From: an uncultured Poribacteria bacterium
Lineage (GTDB): Bacteria > Poribacteria > WGA-4E > WGA-3G
Direction of reading: 5' to 3'
Assembly (NCBI GenBank): GCA_951813565.1
Contig: OX638351.1
Span: 5,216,001-5,280,000 of the forward strand
Length of the DNA stretch: 64,000 nt
In this document: positions 46,137 through 55,056 of the stretch, piece by piece
Layout: every line of letters begins with the position of its first letter
Numbering within the stretch: the stretch's first letter is position 1
Made by a program: the position numbers and the translations under genes
Notes under the pieces: model-generated
Databases searched by the model: none
What the model was told of the DNA's origin: nothing
The model's input: the letters and a program-made list of their open reading frames with translations, nothing else

Positions 46137-48437
46137 ATGCTACAAACAATCACTTACTTAAAGCGAATTTCAATATTAGTACCAATTATAACGCTACTCT
46201 TCTTTGTCGGTACTTGCCCTAATGTCTTTGCACAGGGGCAACCTAATAATGACCAAGCGGCAAGAACCCAAACATTAAATGCTATTCAGGATGCAAACGA
46301 TCATTATTATGAACGTAATTATGCCGAGGCGATTAAAGCGTATAAGGTACTGCTAAAAACCGAACTTACGCAGACACAGAAAGATTCTATGCGGCTTATG
46401 TTAGGTCAAAGCTACGCGAAACTTGGTGAAGATGCAGAGGCACGCCGCATCTTTAAAGAGATTATTGATGAAAATCCTGACGGGTCTTACGCAACGCAAG
46501 CTGTGCATCAACTCTCAAATCTTTATCGGCAACGCTATCAATTTAAAGAGGCTATTGTACTATGCAAGCAGATTGTGAAACAACATCCTAATAGTTCCGC
46601 TGCTGCTGTTGCTGCCTACCTTACTGCGTACTACGAATACATAGAAGGAAAACATGAGGATGCGATGGCAAGTTACAAGTCCTTCCTTGATAATTTTCCG
46701 AATTCCATCTATCGCTCAAGTGCAGTAAGTAGCCTTGTTCGCTTATATACGCAAAATGAGCGGCATGCAGATGCTGAGAAACTTATTACGGAACGAATGA
46801 AATTAAATCCGTCCGATACTACACTTTTAGAGGAGCTTGCAAATCTATATCAACAACAAGGGAAAAGTCAGAAAGCACTGGAACTCTATAAAGAGGTGCT
46901 TGAAAAAAATCCGTCAAATATATCTATTCGACGAAAACTTGGCTCTCTCTACATTGAACTCGGCAATAAGGAACAAGCAATAGCCGAATGGAAAAAACTG
47001 GTAACAGGTGAATTTGATCAATACCAGCAGCTTGGTGCGATTTATCTTTCGCATAAGATGTATCCTGAAGCGATAGAAGCGTTTCAGCAAGCAATAAAGC
47101 AGAATACACAATACGGGTACTTGTATATTCAGCTTGCAGCAGCATATAAAATTCAAGGGAATATTGAGAAGGCTGCCACTACCTATCTTGATGGCTTACA
47201 AAACGTTGGTCCCAGCGGTAGCCAACGTGAATCGATATGGGAAGCCATGCTTGATATTTATCAAGGTGACAGACAAAAACCGCTTCGTGAAAAACTGATA
47301 GCGCAGTTTCAAAACGCACACAGGGCTGCACCGCGAAATCTCAACAATGCTTTGACTTTAGGAGAACTTTTTTTCTATGCAGGGCAACTTGACGAAGCAC
47401 TTAAAACCTTCACACAACTTCACCGAAACTATCCCACTTCAATTGATGCAACTTTGGGAAGATTCGCGGATATCTTAGAACGCAATCAAAATCCATCGGC
47501 AATTGAATTCTACAAAACACTCTTGCAATTTTCAAGGGACATAAGGATACGCACAAATTCACAATATAAACTTGCAAAATTATATCAAAATGCTGAGCAG
47601 TGGGATGAGGCAGTTAACACCTTGAAAGAATTGGACAGAAACAGTGCTGCTTCTATTGACAGTCAGCTTCTGCTCGCGCAGATACAATTACACGGACTTC
47701 ACGATCCCAAAGCAGCACAAATGACCATCCAACCCGTGCTTACACACCAGTTAATATCCAATCAATTTATGGAAGCACAATTGATTTTAGGGGAATGCCA
47801 TATTTTTCTGAAGAGATATACTCTTGCAAGACAGGTGTTGACACCGATAGCGGACAGTGCCAGTCGTTCAAGTGCTGCTGCACGAAAACTAATTGGAGAC
47901 TCCTACTTCTTCGCGACAGAATTCGACAACGCTGCTGCTGAGTATAGAAAAGTGGTTAGTCTCTCAAAATCGGATAAACTCACAAACGATGCCCTTGAAC
48001 GAATTGTGTTACTCCAAGACAATACTGACTATCTCACACTACCGCTAACCGATTATGCCAACGCCCTTCAACTCTACCTGAACGGTGATATTGAAGCATC
48101 GATAACACAGTGTGAGGATACGATTTCACTTTACCCAAAATCTCTAATCGTTGATGATGTGTGGATGCTTCTCGGTTCAATATATCGCTCCCAAAACGCT
48201 TATGGCGATGCTATTCATTCATATCGGCAAATCGTTTCGCAAGAAAGCCAATTAGCGGCGGAAGCCCTCACGCAAATCGCTGAAATCTATCAGAAAAAGA
48301 AGGATTTTAAGAGTGCTATGGATACCTACACGACACTGCTTACAACACATCCGAACAATAGTATTGTTCCGCATGCACGCCAACAGTTAGATAAAATTAC
48401 GAAGTTAATGAAAGACACAGAGTCCAAATCTCCTTAA
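46137..48437 (+). CDS. Secreted tetratricopeptide repeat protein
   Basis: Signal peptide and many TPR-like repeats. Confidence 0.85.
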   Translation: MLQTITYLKRISILVPIITLLFFVGTCPNVFAQGQPNNDQAARTQTLNAIQDANDHYYERNYAEAIKAYKVLLKTELTQTQKDSMRLMLGQSYAKLGEDAEARRIFKEIIDENPDGSYATQAVHQLSNLYRQRYQFKEAIVLCKQIVKQHPNSSAAAVAAYLTAYYEYIEGKHEDAMASYKSFLDNFPNSIYRSSAVSSLVRLYTQNERHADAEKLITERMKLNPSDTTLLEELANLYQQQGKSQKALELYKEVLEKNPSNISIRRKLGSLYIELGNKEQAIAEWKKLVTGEFDQYQQLGAIYLSHKMYPEAIEAFQQAIKQNTQYGYLYIQLAAAYKIQGNIEKAATTYLDGLQNVGPSGSQRESIWEAMLDIYQGDRQKPLREKLIAQFQNAHRAAPRNLNNALTLGELFFYAGQLDEALKTFTQLHRNYPTSIDATLGRFADILERNQNPSAIEFYKTLLQFSRDIRIRTNSQYKLAKLYQNAEQWDEAVNTLKELDRNSAASIDSQLLLAQIQLHGLHDPKAAQMTIQPVLTHQLISNQFMEAQLILGECHIFLKRYTLARQVLTPIADSASRSSAAARKLIGDSYFFATEFDNAAAEYRKVVSLSKSDKLTNDALERIVLLQDNTDYLTLPLTDYANALQLYLNGDIEASITQCEDTISLYPKSLIVDDVWMLLGSIYRSQNAYGDAIHSYRQIVSQESQLAAEALTQIAEIYQKKKDFKSAMDTYTTLLTTHPNNSIVPHARQQLDKITKLMKDTESKSP

Positions 48438-48463
48438 TAGATAAACACGTCATAATTAATCTT

Positions 48464-50134
48464 ATGCGATGGCATATTTCACCATCTTTTTTACTTACCG
48501 GCATCCTTTTGTTTCTAAATATCCAGTCCTTGAATGCCGATGAAACATCTATCCATTTTTCCGAACAAACCGAAGCGGCTGGAATTCGTTTCAAACACAT
48601 CAACGGTGCATCTGAAGAAAAATATCTACCCGAAACGATGGGGGCTGGTTGCCTATTTTTTGATTATAACAACGATGGTTTCCTTGATATCTATCTTGTC
48701 AACAGTGGCAAATCTTGTGAGAACGCCTCTCAACCTCGCACCCAACCTGATGAGATGAATGTCCTTTATCGTAACAACGGCGATGGCACGTTTACGGATG
48801 TCTCCGCTAAAGCTGGATTTCAGAAAAATAACGGTTACGGAATGGGATGTCTGTCTGCTGATTATGACAACGATGGTGATGCAGACCTATATCTGACAAA
48901 TTTTGGGAGGAATCAACTCTACCGCAATAATGGTAATGGCACTTTCACCGATGTTACGTCAGATGCGGGTGTTGGCGATTCTCACTGGAGCGTGAGTGCG
49001 TCATTCGGCGACTACAACCTTGATGGATACCTTGATTTGTATGTTGTGAACTATCTTGATTATCAGATTGAAACGGCTCACGCGTGTTTGCTAGAAGGGG
49101 TTCATATATATTGCGGGCCACATGAATATCCAGGTGCATCAGACACACTTTACCGTAACAACGGCGATGGTACCTTCACGGATGTCACTGGGCGGTCAGG
49201 CGTGCGCAATGCTGGGAAAGGGTTAGGTGTCCTCTTTACAGATTACAACAGTGATGGTTATCCAGATATTTTTGTAGCAAACGATGCAGTCCAAGATTTT
49301 CTCTATCGTAACAATGGTGATGGTACGTTTACTGATGTTGCAATCACAGCAGGAATTGCGTATAACTCAGAGGGGCGCGCTACAGCAAGCATGGGAATTG
49401 CCAATGGCGATTACGATAATGATGGGTTGTTAGACCTTTTTGTCACAAATTTCTCGTTGGAAGTCAATAGTCTTTTTCACAACGATGGTGATGGCTTTTA
49501 CACAATGACTACCTTTGAAACTGGACTTGCCGAACCCAGTTTTTCACAACTCGGATTTGGCACACAATTTCTTGATGCAGACAATAACGGCGTATTAGAC
49601 CTCTTTGTTGCAAATGGACATGTGTGGGACAATGTCGCACACATCACACCTTCCCTCGCCTACAAACAGAAATGCCAACTTTTTGAAAACACCGGAACTG
49701 GAAATTTCAAAGAAATAACTAAAGCAGCAGGGATGTTTTTCACACGTCCTGTTGTTGCGCGCGGCACTGCTATCGGTGATTATGATAACGATGGTGATGC
49801 AGATATTCTGGTCTCCTGTTGCAGCGAGAGTCCTGTGCTTTTACGAAACGATTCCCGAGTGGCAAACAATTGGTTAAAAGTCCAATTAGTCGGTACAAAG
49901 AGCAACCGGGACGGAATCGGTGCTAAAGTGCAGGTACAGGCAGGTGAAAAAACGCAAGTCAAAGAAGTTACTTGCGGCGGCAGCTACGCCTCTGGGAGCG
50001 AGCGCACACTTCTTTTCGGACTTGGCACGCATTCAAAAGTGCAATCAATTGAAGTAAGATGGCAAGGAGGACATATCCAGAGACTTGAAAATATTTCAGC
50101 GAATCAAGTTACCCGTATAAAAGAAAACCGCTAA
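48464..50134 (+). CDS. CRTAC1/ASPIC-UnbV FG-GAP repeat protein
   Basis: Repeated DYDNDG/YRNNGDGTFTDV; SNRDGIGAKV. Confidence 0.9.
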   Translation: MRWHISPSFLLTGILLFLNIQSLNADETSIHFSEQTEAAGIRFKHINGASEEKYLPETMGAGCLFFDYNNDGFLDIYLVNSGKSCENASQPRTQPDEMNVLYRNNGDGTFTDVSAKAGFQKNNGYGMGCLSADYDNDGDADLYLTNFGRNQLYRNNGNGTFTDVTSDAGVGDSHWSVSASFGDYNLDGYLDLYVVNYLDYQIETAHACLLEGVHIYCGPHEYPGASDTLYRNNGDGTFTDVTGRSGVRNAGKGLGVLFTDYNSDGYPDIFVANDAVQDFLYRNNGDGTFTDVAITAGIAYNSEGRATASMGIANGDYDNDGLLDLFVTNFSLEVNSLFHNDGDGFYTMTTFETGLAEPSFSQLGFGTQFLDADNNGVLDLFVANGHVWDNVAHITPSLAYKQKCQLFENTGTGNFKEITKAAGMFFTRPVVARGTAIGDYDNDGDADILVSCCSESPVLLRNDSRVANNWLKVQLVGTKSNRDGIGAKVQVQAGEKTQVKEVTCGGSYASGSERTLLFGLGTHSKVQSIEVRWQGGHIQRLENISANQVTRIKENR

Positions 50135-50189
50135 TTCACTTGACAATTCCGTCAATCAACCTTAAAATTAAAGATAGGAGGATATTTTT

Positions 50190-50951
50190 ATGAAAAACGG
50201 AAATTTTTGGAAAATTGTTTGTTATAGTGCAATCGTCTGTTTACTCACATCAATGTCTGCATGGATAATTACTGCGGATGCAGCAGATTCATTCGGTGAC
50301 TCGTTTGATGGTGGCGAATTGCAGAATCCAAATTGGAAATGGCAAAACGAACCGCCGACTTGGGATCTCGGCACAACCCGCGAAGGTTTCCTATACATTG
50401 ACAGTGAACCTAACCGCAATGTCTGGGCATCGGACGCTTCCCATTTTCTGTATCAGGAAACTGAGGCTGACATGTTTGATGTAGAAACGCATTTTTTTGC
50501 TAAATGGGATACCGATTCTGGAGTCAACGGGCTTCTTGTGAAAAGCCCAGCTGACAATAACTGGGTAACTATCAAATTTTGGTCGAGAGATGCCGCTAAC
50601 AGAGGCCATATTCAGTATCAAACCAGACAAGCTGGTTTAAGACCAGGTGGTGATATTGGATGGAAACCGGAATTTGGTGACACTGAGTTGTTCTTTAGAC
50701 TCAAGAAAGATGGAAATCAGTATTCTGCATGGTATAAAACCGAAGCGGACGGAGATTGGTTGGTAATCCACGAAAATGCAAGCTTTAACCTGACTCCGCC
50801 ACTTTGGCTCGGCATCTATGCGGGTGTTGCCGCAGGTTCAGGAAGTCTTGAGGTTGAATACGAATATTTCCAAGACAATATAAACCTCACTGATGTTGAA
50901 CCTGAAGGAAAGATAGCAACAACATGGGGTAAAGTAAAGTCCCGTTATTAG
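50190..50951 (+). CDS. Secreted ConA-like (beta-xylosidase C-terminal/DUF1349-like) protein with TTWxxVK tag
   Basis: Signal peptide, beta-sandwich pattern; ends VEPEGKIATTWGKVKSRY. Confidence 0.7.
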   Translation: MKNGNFWKIVCYSAIVCLLTSMSAWIITADAADSFGDSFDGGELQNPNWKWQNEPPTWDLGTTREGFLYIDSEPNRNVWASDASHFLYQETEADMFDVETHFFAKWDTDSGVNGLLVKSPADNNWVTIKFWSRDAANRGHIQYQTRQAGLRPGGDIGWKPEFGDTELFFRLKKDGNQYSAWYKTEADGDWLVIHENASFNLTPPLWLGIYAGVAAGSGSLEVEYEYFQDNINLTDVEPEGKIATTWGKVKSRY

Positions 50952-50955
50952 TTCT

Positions 50956-50987
50956 AAGGTGGGTAGACCAGGGTTTGCCCACCTTTT
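50956..50987 (+). terminator. Intrinsic terminator
   Basis: AAGGTGGGTAGACC/GGTTTGCCCACCTTTT hairpin after the stop codon. Confidence 0.55.
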
Positions 50988-51098
50988 CCGCATACAAAAA
51001 GTGTTCAATAACTGTAGATAATATTTTTGTTTACGTAGAAATGGTATGGTTAAAGTTTGTAGCAAGGAAATTTCTTTAATCTTACGTTAGGAGATAAA

Positions 51099-51893
51099 AT
51101 GAAAAATCGAAATTTAAACGCTTATTTACAAAATTCCCATCTTGTGCGTGGGAAAATTCTTTTTTATTGTATTATCGCTTGTATGTTTGCTACGCTAACG
51201 ATTTGGGTAGGTGGCGTAGACGCAGCAGACTCATTCGGTGACCCATTTGAAGGGGGTAAATTAAAAAATCCTGATTGGAAATGGCAAAACGAACCGCCTA
51301 AATGGGATGTCGGGGAAACCCGTGAGGATTTTCTATACATTGATAGTGAACCCAACCGGAATATATGGCAAGGGGATGCAAGTCATTTTCTTTATCAAGA
51401 AACTGAGGCTGACATGTTTGATGTAGAAACGCATTTTTTCGCTAAATGGGATACCAGTTCTGGTGTAAACGGACTTCTTGTAAAAAGTCCTGCTGATAAT
51501 AACTGGGTGACCATTAAATTTTGGTCGAGAGATGCCGCTAACAGAGGGCATATCCAGTACCAAACCAAAGGAGCCGGTTTAAGACCAGGTGGTGATATTG
51601 GATGGAAACCGGAATTTGGTGACACTGAGTTGTTTCTTAGGCTCAAGAAAAATGGTGATCAGTATTCTGCATGGTATAAAACCGAAGCAGATGGGGATTG
51701 GTTAGTAATCCACGAAAATGCGAACTTTGCCCTGACTCCACCGCTTTGGCTCGGAATCTATGCTGGTGTTGCGGATCCGACTGGTAATCTTGAGGTAGAA
51801 TACGAATACTTCAGAGATAATATGAATCCTTTCCCTGTTGAACCGGGCGGCAAAGCGACAACAACTTGGGGTGCAGTTAAAACCCGATATTGA
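51099..51893 (+). CDS. ConA-like secreted protein, tandem paralog
   Basis: Very similar to 50190-50951; ends VEPGGKATTTWGAVKTRY. Confidence 0.7.
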   Translation: MKNRNLNAYLQNSHLVRGKILFYCIIACMFATLTIWVGGVDAADSFGDPFEGGKLKNPDWKWQNEPPKWDVGETREDFLYIDSEPNRNIWQGDASHFLYQETEADMFDVETHFFAKWDTSSGVNGLLVKSPADNNWVTIKFWSRDAANRGHIQYQTKGAGLRPGGDIGWKPEFGDTELFLRLKKNGDQYSAWYKTEADGDWLVIHENANFALTPPLWLGIYAGVADPTGNLEVEYEYFRDNMNPFPVEPGGKATTTWGAVKTRY

Positions 51894-51913
51894 TACGAAG
51901 GATGGTAGATGTA

Positions 51914-53797
51914 ATGCGATACAGTTTAATCATTTTTTTTTGTTTCTGTGTCGTTTCTCCCCTACTGGCTGAGACTTTCACAGATGTTAGTCAAGCGGCA
52001 GGGGTTCATCAACGAGAGATTCCGGTTGATGAAAATTCCGGGGCTTGGATGGGCCCCGGTGCTGCCGCTGTAGACTATGATAACGATGGCTGCTGGCTCG
52101 ACATCTTCGTCGTTGGAGATGGTGGTTTGCCTAACGCGCTTTACCACAACAATGCCGATGGGACATTCACGGATATTGCTGCCAAAGCAGGGGTTGCAGA
52201 CACGCCAAATGGGCGTGGATGTGTTTGGTTTGACTATAACAATGACGGTTGGCGCGATCTTTATGTAACCTGTGCAGGACCAAATTATCTCTTCATGAAT
52301 AATGGTGATTGTACCTTCACAGATGTAAGCGAAGAGGCAGGTGTCACAGATGCACAGCACGGCACAAGTGCCTCAATTGCCGATTATGACCACGACGGTT
52401 GGTTGGATATCTATGTTTCGAACTGGGGTCGTCCTGCTTCCCTTTTAGTTTTTGAACCTGCTCCAAGAATTAATGTGCTGTATCGGAACAAAGGGGATGG
52501 CACCTTTGAAGAGATAACGCAGGCAGCTGGGGTTGCTGATGATGGAATTGCATGGGGCGCTATCTTCTTTGATTACAATGGCGATACTTGGGCTGATTTG
52601 TTCGTAGCAAATGACCACGGTCCCGATAAACTTTATCGCAACAATAGAGATGGCACTTTCGAAGATGTTTCTGAACAATCTGGCATTGTTACGCTCATCA
52701 GAGGAAAACCGACTGGTGCGATGGGGCTTTGTGTTGGGGACTATGATAACGATGCCGATCTTGATCTTTTCGTTACAAACTACGATGAGGATCTGCTCTG
52801 GCGAAATAACGGTAATGGTACTTTTACAAATGTCGCTGAAAATGTTGGCGTTGCGAACGTAGGTGTAGGGTGGTACGCCACCTTCGTTGACTTTGACAAC
52901 GATGGATATCGTGACCTTTACGTTGTCAACGGTGATGTAGATAATTCACAAAAGACCAACCGTAACCGCCTCTATCATAATACCAAAGATGGAAAGTTTG
53001 TTGATCGCTCCGATGAACTCAACGCCACTGTTGATGCTGTCGCACGCGGTGCAACTTCTGGAGATTTTGATAACGATGGCGATGTTGATTTCTTTGTCGT
53101 CAATAACACTGGCAATACACTTCTTCTAAACGACCTTGATCCTCCATGGCGGAGCAATGAACATGCTACTCGGCGCAACTTAGCTAAGCATCAACGCCTC
53201 CAAATTCGTTTGCGTGGAACAAAGAGTAACCGCGATGGCATCGGCACACGGGTTGCTGTGAGAGTAAAGGACTTCGTTCAAACGCAAGAATTAATCTGCG
53301 GCACCGGTTTTCTCGGTAGCGACAGTTTAGATCTTGAATTTGGACTTGCAGGTGCTTCTCAAATCGATTCTATTACCCTTACGTGGCCATCAGGGATTAT
53401 TGATACCTATGAAGATATCTATGCATCAGACATGTTTATTTTTACTGAAGGAGAAATACAAAAGTTTGTTGTAGCGGTTGAACCAACAGGAAAACAGGCG
53501 ACAACATGGGGAAGGATAAAAACTGCTGAAGTTTTTCAAAACTATCCTAATCCGTTTAACCCTGAAACGTGGATTCCGTATAAACTTTTTGAATCCAGTG
53601 ATGTAAAATTTTCAATTTACTCTCAAAGTGGAGATTTAGTGCGAGAATTTAAACTTGAACAACAGTCGCGTGGGGAAAAGAAATTATACTGGGATGGGAA
53701 AAACGCTAATGGCGAAACTGTTGCCAGTGGAATCTATTTTTATCAGTTCAAGGCAGGCAATACCCAAAGTGTGCGCAAAATGTGGTTAATGAAGTAA
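51914..53797 (+). CDS. ASPIC/UnbV FG-GAP protein with internal TTWGRIK tag and C-terminal FlgD-Ig/T9SS-CTD-like domain
   Basis: Likely start MRYSLII; DYDNDG repeats; NYPNPFNPETWIPY..WDGKN..ASGIYFY. Confidence 0.85.
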   Translation: MRYSLIIFFCFCVVSPLLAETFTDVSQAAGVHQREIPVDENSGAWMGPGAAAVDYDNDGCWLDIFVVGDGGLPNALYHNNADGTFTDIAAKAGVADTPNGRGCVWFDYNNDGWRDLYVTCAGPNYLFMNNGDCTFTDVSEEAGVTDAQHGTSASIADYDHDGWLDIYVSNWGRPASLLVFEPAPRINVLYRNKGDGTFEEITQAAGVADDGIAWGAIFFDYNGDTWADLFVANDHGPDKLYRNNRDGTFEDVSEQSGIVTLIRGKPTGAMGLCVGDYDNDADLDLFVTNYDEDLLWRNNGNGTFTNVAENVGVANVGVGWYATFVDFDNDGYRDLYVVNGDVDNSQKTNRNRLYHNTKDGKFVDRSDELNATVDAVARGATSGDFDNDGDVDFFVVNNTGNTLLLNDLDPPWRSNEHATRRNLAKHQRLQIRLRGTKSNRDGIGTRVAVRVKDFVQTQELICGTGFLGSDSLDLEFGLAGASQIDSITLTWPSGIIDTYEDIYASDMFIFTEGEIQKFVVAVEPTGKQATTWGRIKTAEVFQNYPNPFNPETWIPYKLFESSDVKFSIYSQSGDLVREFKLEQQSRGEKKLYWDGKNANGETVASGIYFYQFKAGNTQSVRKMWLMK

Positions 53798-53911
53798 ATT
53801 TGATTTGGTCCGATAAAATATGAGGAGAGATAAAAATGGCTTTAATAATTGAACAGGGCGAGGTAAACAATGGTGGTCATGTTTTATCGAAGCCTTTGTT
53901 TTTGCATGGAG

Positions 53912-54839
53912 GGTATTGGTTAAATAATGATATTCATGTTTTCTATTCCGCTGAGTTTTAAAATGTCAAACACGTTGCCATTGACACGAAATCGTGCGAA
54001 CAAAGCAATCGTCAAATCCACCATTTCTATGCTTTTGGAAACAATAATGGACTTGCGCTTGAAGCGTCCGACCCAGTGGCGCATCCGACCATTGTTGCGT
54101 TCAATGCGATGCGTCTCCGCTTTGTCCTGAACATGTTGTGAGGCAGGTAGGACCGACTCATAGACCTGCCATTTGTCTGTGTAATATATCTTAGCATTGA
54201 GGGTTGAGAGTCTTGCCGTGAGTTTTTGGAGGGTTTGTTTATCACGCCCACCACATTCCCAGTCAATGAGGTATCTTGTGTTTCTGTCAAGTGCCTTCCA
54301 TATCCAAAGTTTGTTTTTCTTGTTCCCAATATAGTGCCACATCTCATCAAGTTCCAAGCAGACGGTGGTGCCAGGTGTGAGTGTTTGTTTCGGTGCCTGT
54401 TTTTTAGCAAAGGTGCGTATCCATTGAAGAACAGTTGTTACGTGGCATCCGACAAGTTTTGAGATAGCATTCATTGAGATGCCGTGGCAATATAAGAGAA
54501 CGGCGGGGGTTTTCTGTGCTTGTGGTTTCCCCCGGGGTGTTGTGCGCGTCCATTGATAACCGCAGTTTTTGCATTTATAGCGTTGTTTAGTTTTGACGAA
54601 CCCGTTTTTGACGAAGTGAGTGTGTTGACATCTTGGGCAATGCTTCATGGTATCCTCTATAGAGCAGCGAGTTTCTTTTCAATAAGGATACAGGTTTTAG
54701 GGACATCTGTCAATCAAAATCAGTTTGATTTTGATTGACAATTTTTGTCATAAGTGTTATCATTAACTCTAATTGAAATGTGATGCAGAGCGGTTCAGAG
54801 GGTACCCACTAATTACCGCATCATTATTTAACCAATACC
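53912..54839 (-). mobile_element. IS1 family element
   Basis: Perfect IR GGTATTGGTTAAATAATGAT/ATCATTATTTAACCAATACC. Confidence 0.9.
53920..54648 (-). CDS. IS1 family transposase (single ORF)
   Basis: CPRC..CKNC zinc ribbon, HTH, ELDEMW, YTDKW and IERNN. Confidence 0.92.
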   Translation of the reverse strand: MKHCPRCQHTHFVKNGFVKTKQRYKCKNCGYQWTRTTPRGKPQAQKTPAVLLYCHGISMNAISKLVGCHVTTVLQWIRTFAKKQAPKQTLTPGTTVCLELDEMWHYIGNKKNKLWIWKALDRNTRYLIDWECGGRDKQTLQKLTARLSTLNAKIYYTDKWQVYESVLPASQHVQDKAETHRIERNNGRMRHWVGRFKRKSIIVSKSIEMVDLTIALFARFRVNGNVFDILKLSGIENMNIII

Positions 54840-54858
54840 CTCGTATTTTTGATTATAT

Positions 54859-55014
54859 TAACCTAAGTTGCTACGAACAAGATTTCAAGCTTGTAGACAT
54901 TGCTTTTTACTGAAAAACAAGGATTTCCAGCTAATTCTTATGCTTTCTTTTTTAAATCGGGGTTAGAAACCCCTCCTACAAGAGCATTCGCGATATAGGT
55001 AGCAACTTAGGTTA
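54859..55014. repeat. MITE-A copy
   Basis: TAACCTAAGTTGCTAC...GTAGCAACTTAGGTTA. Confidence 0.8.
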
Positions 55015-55056
55015 TATTACTTGTGAATCCACACAATTAAAGGAGAAATTACTATT

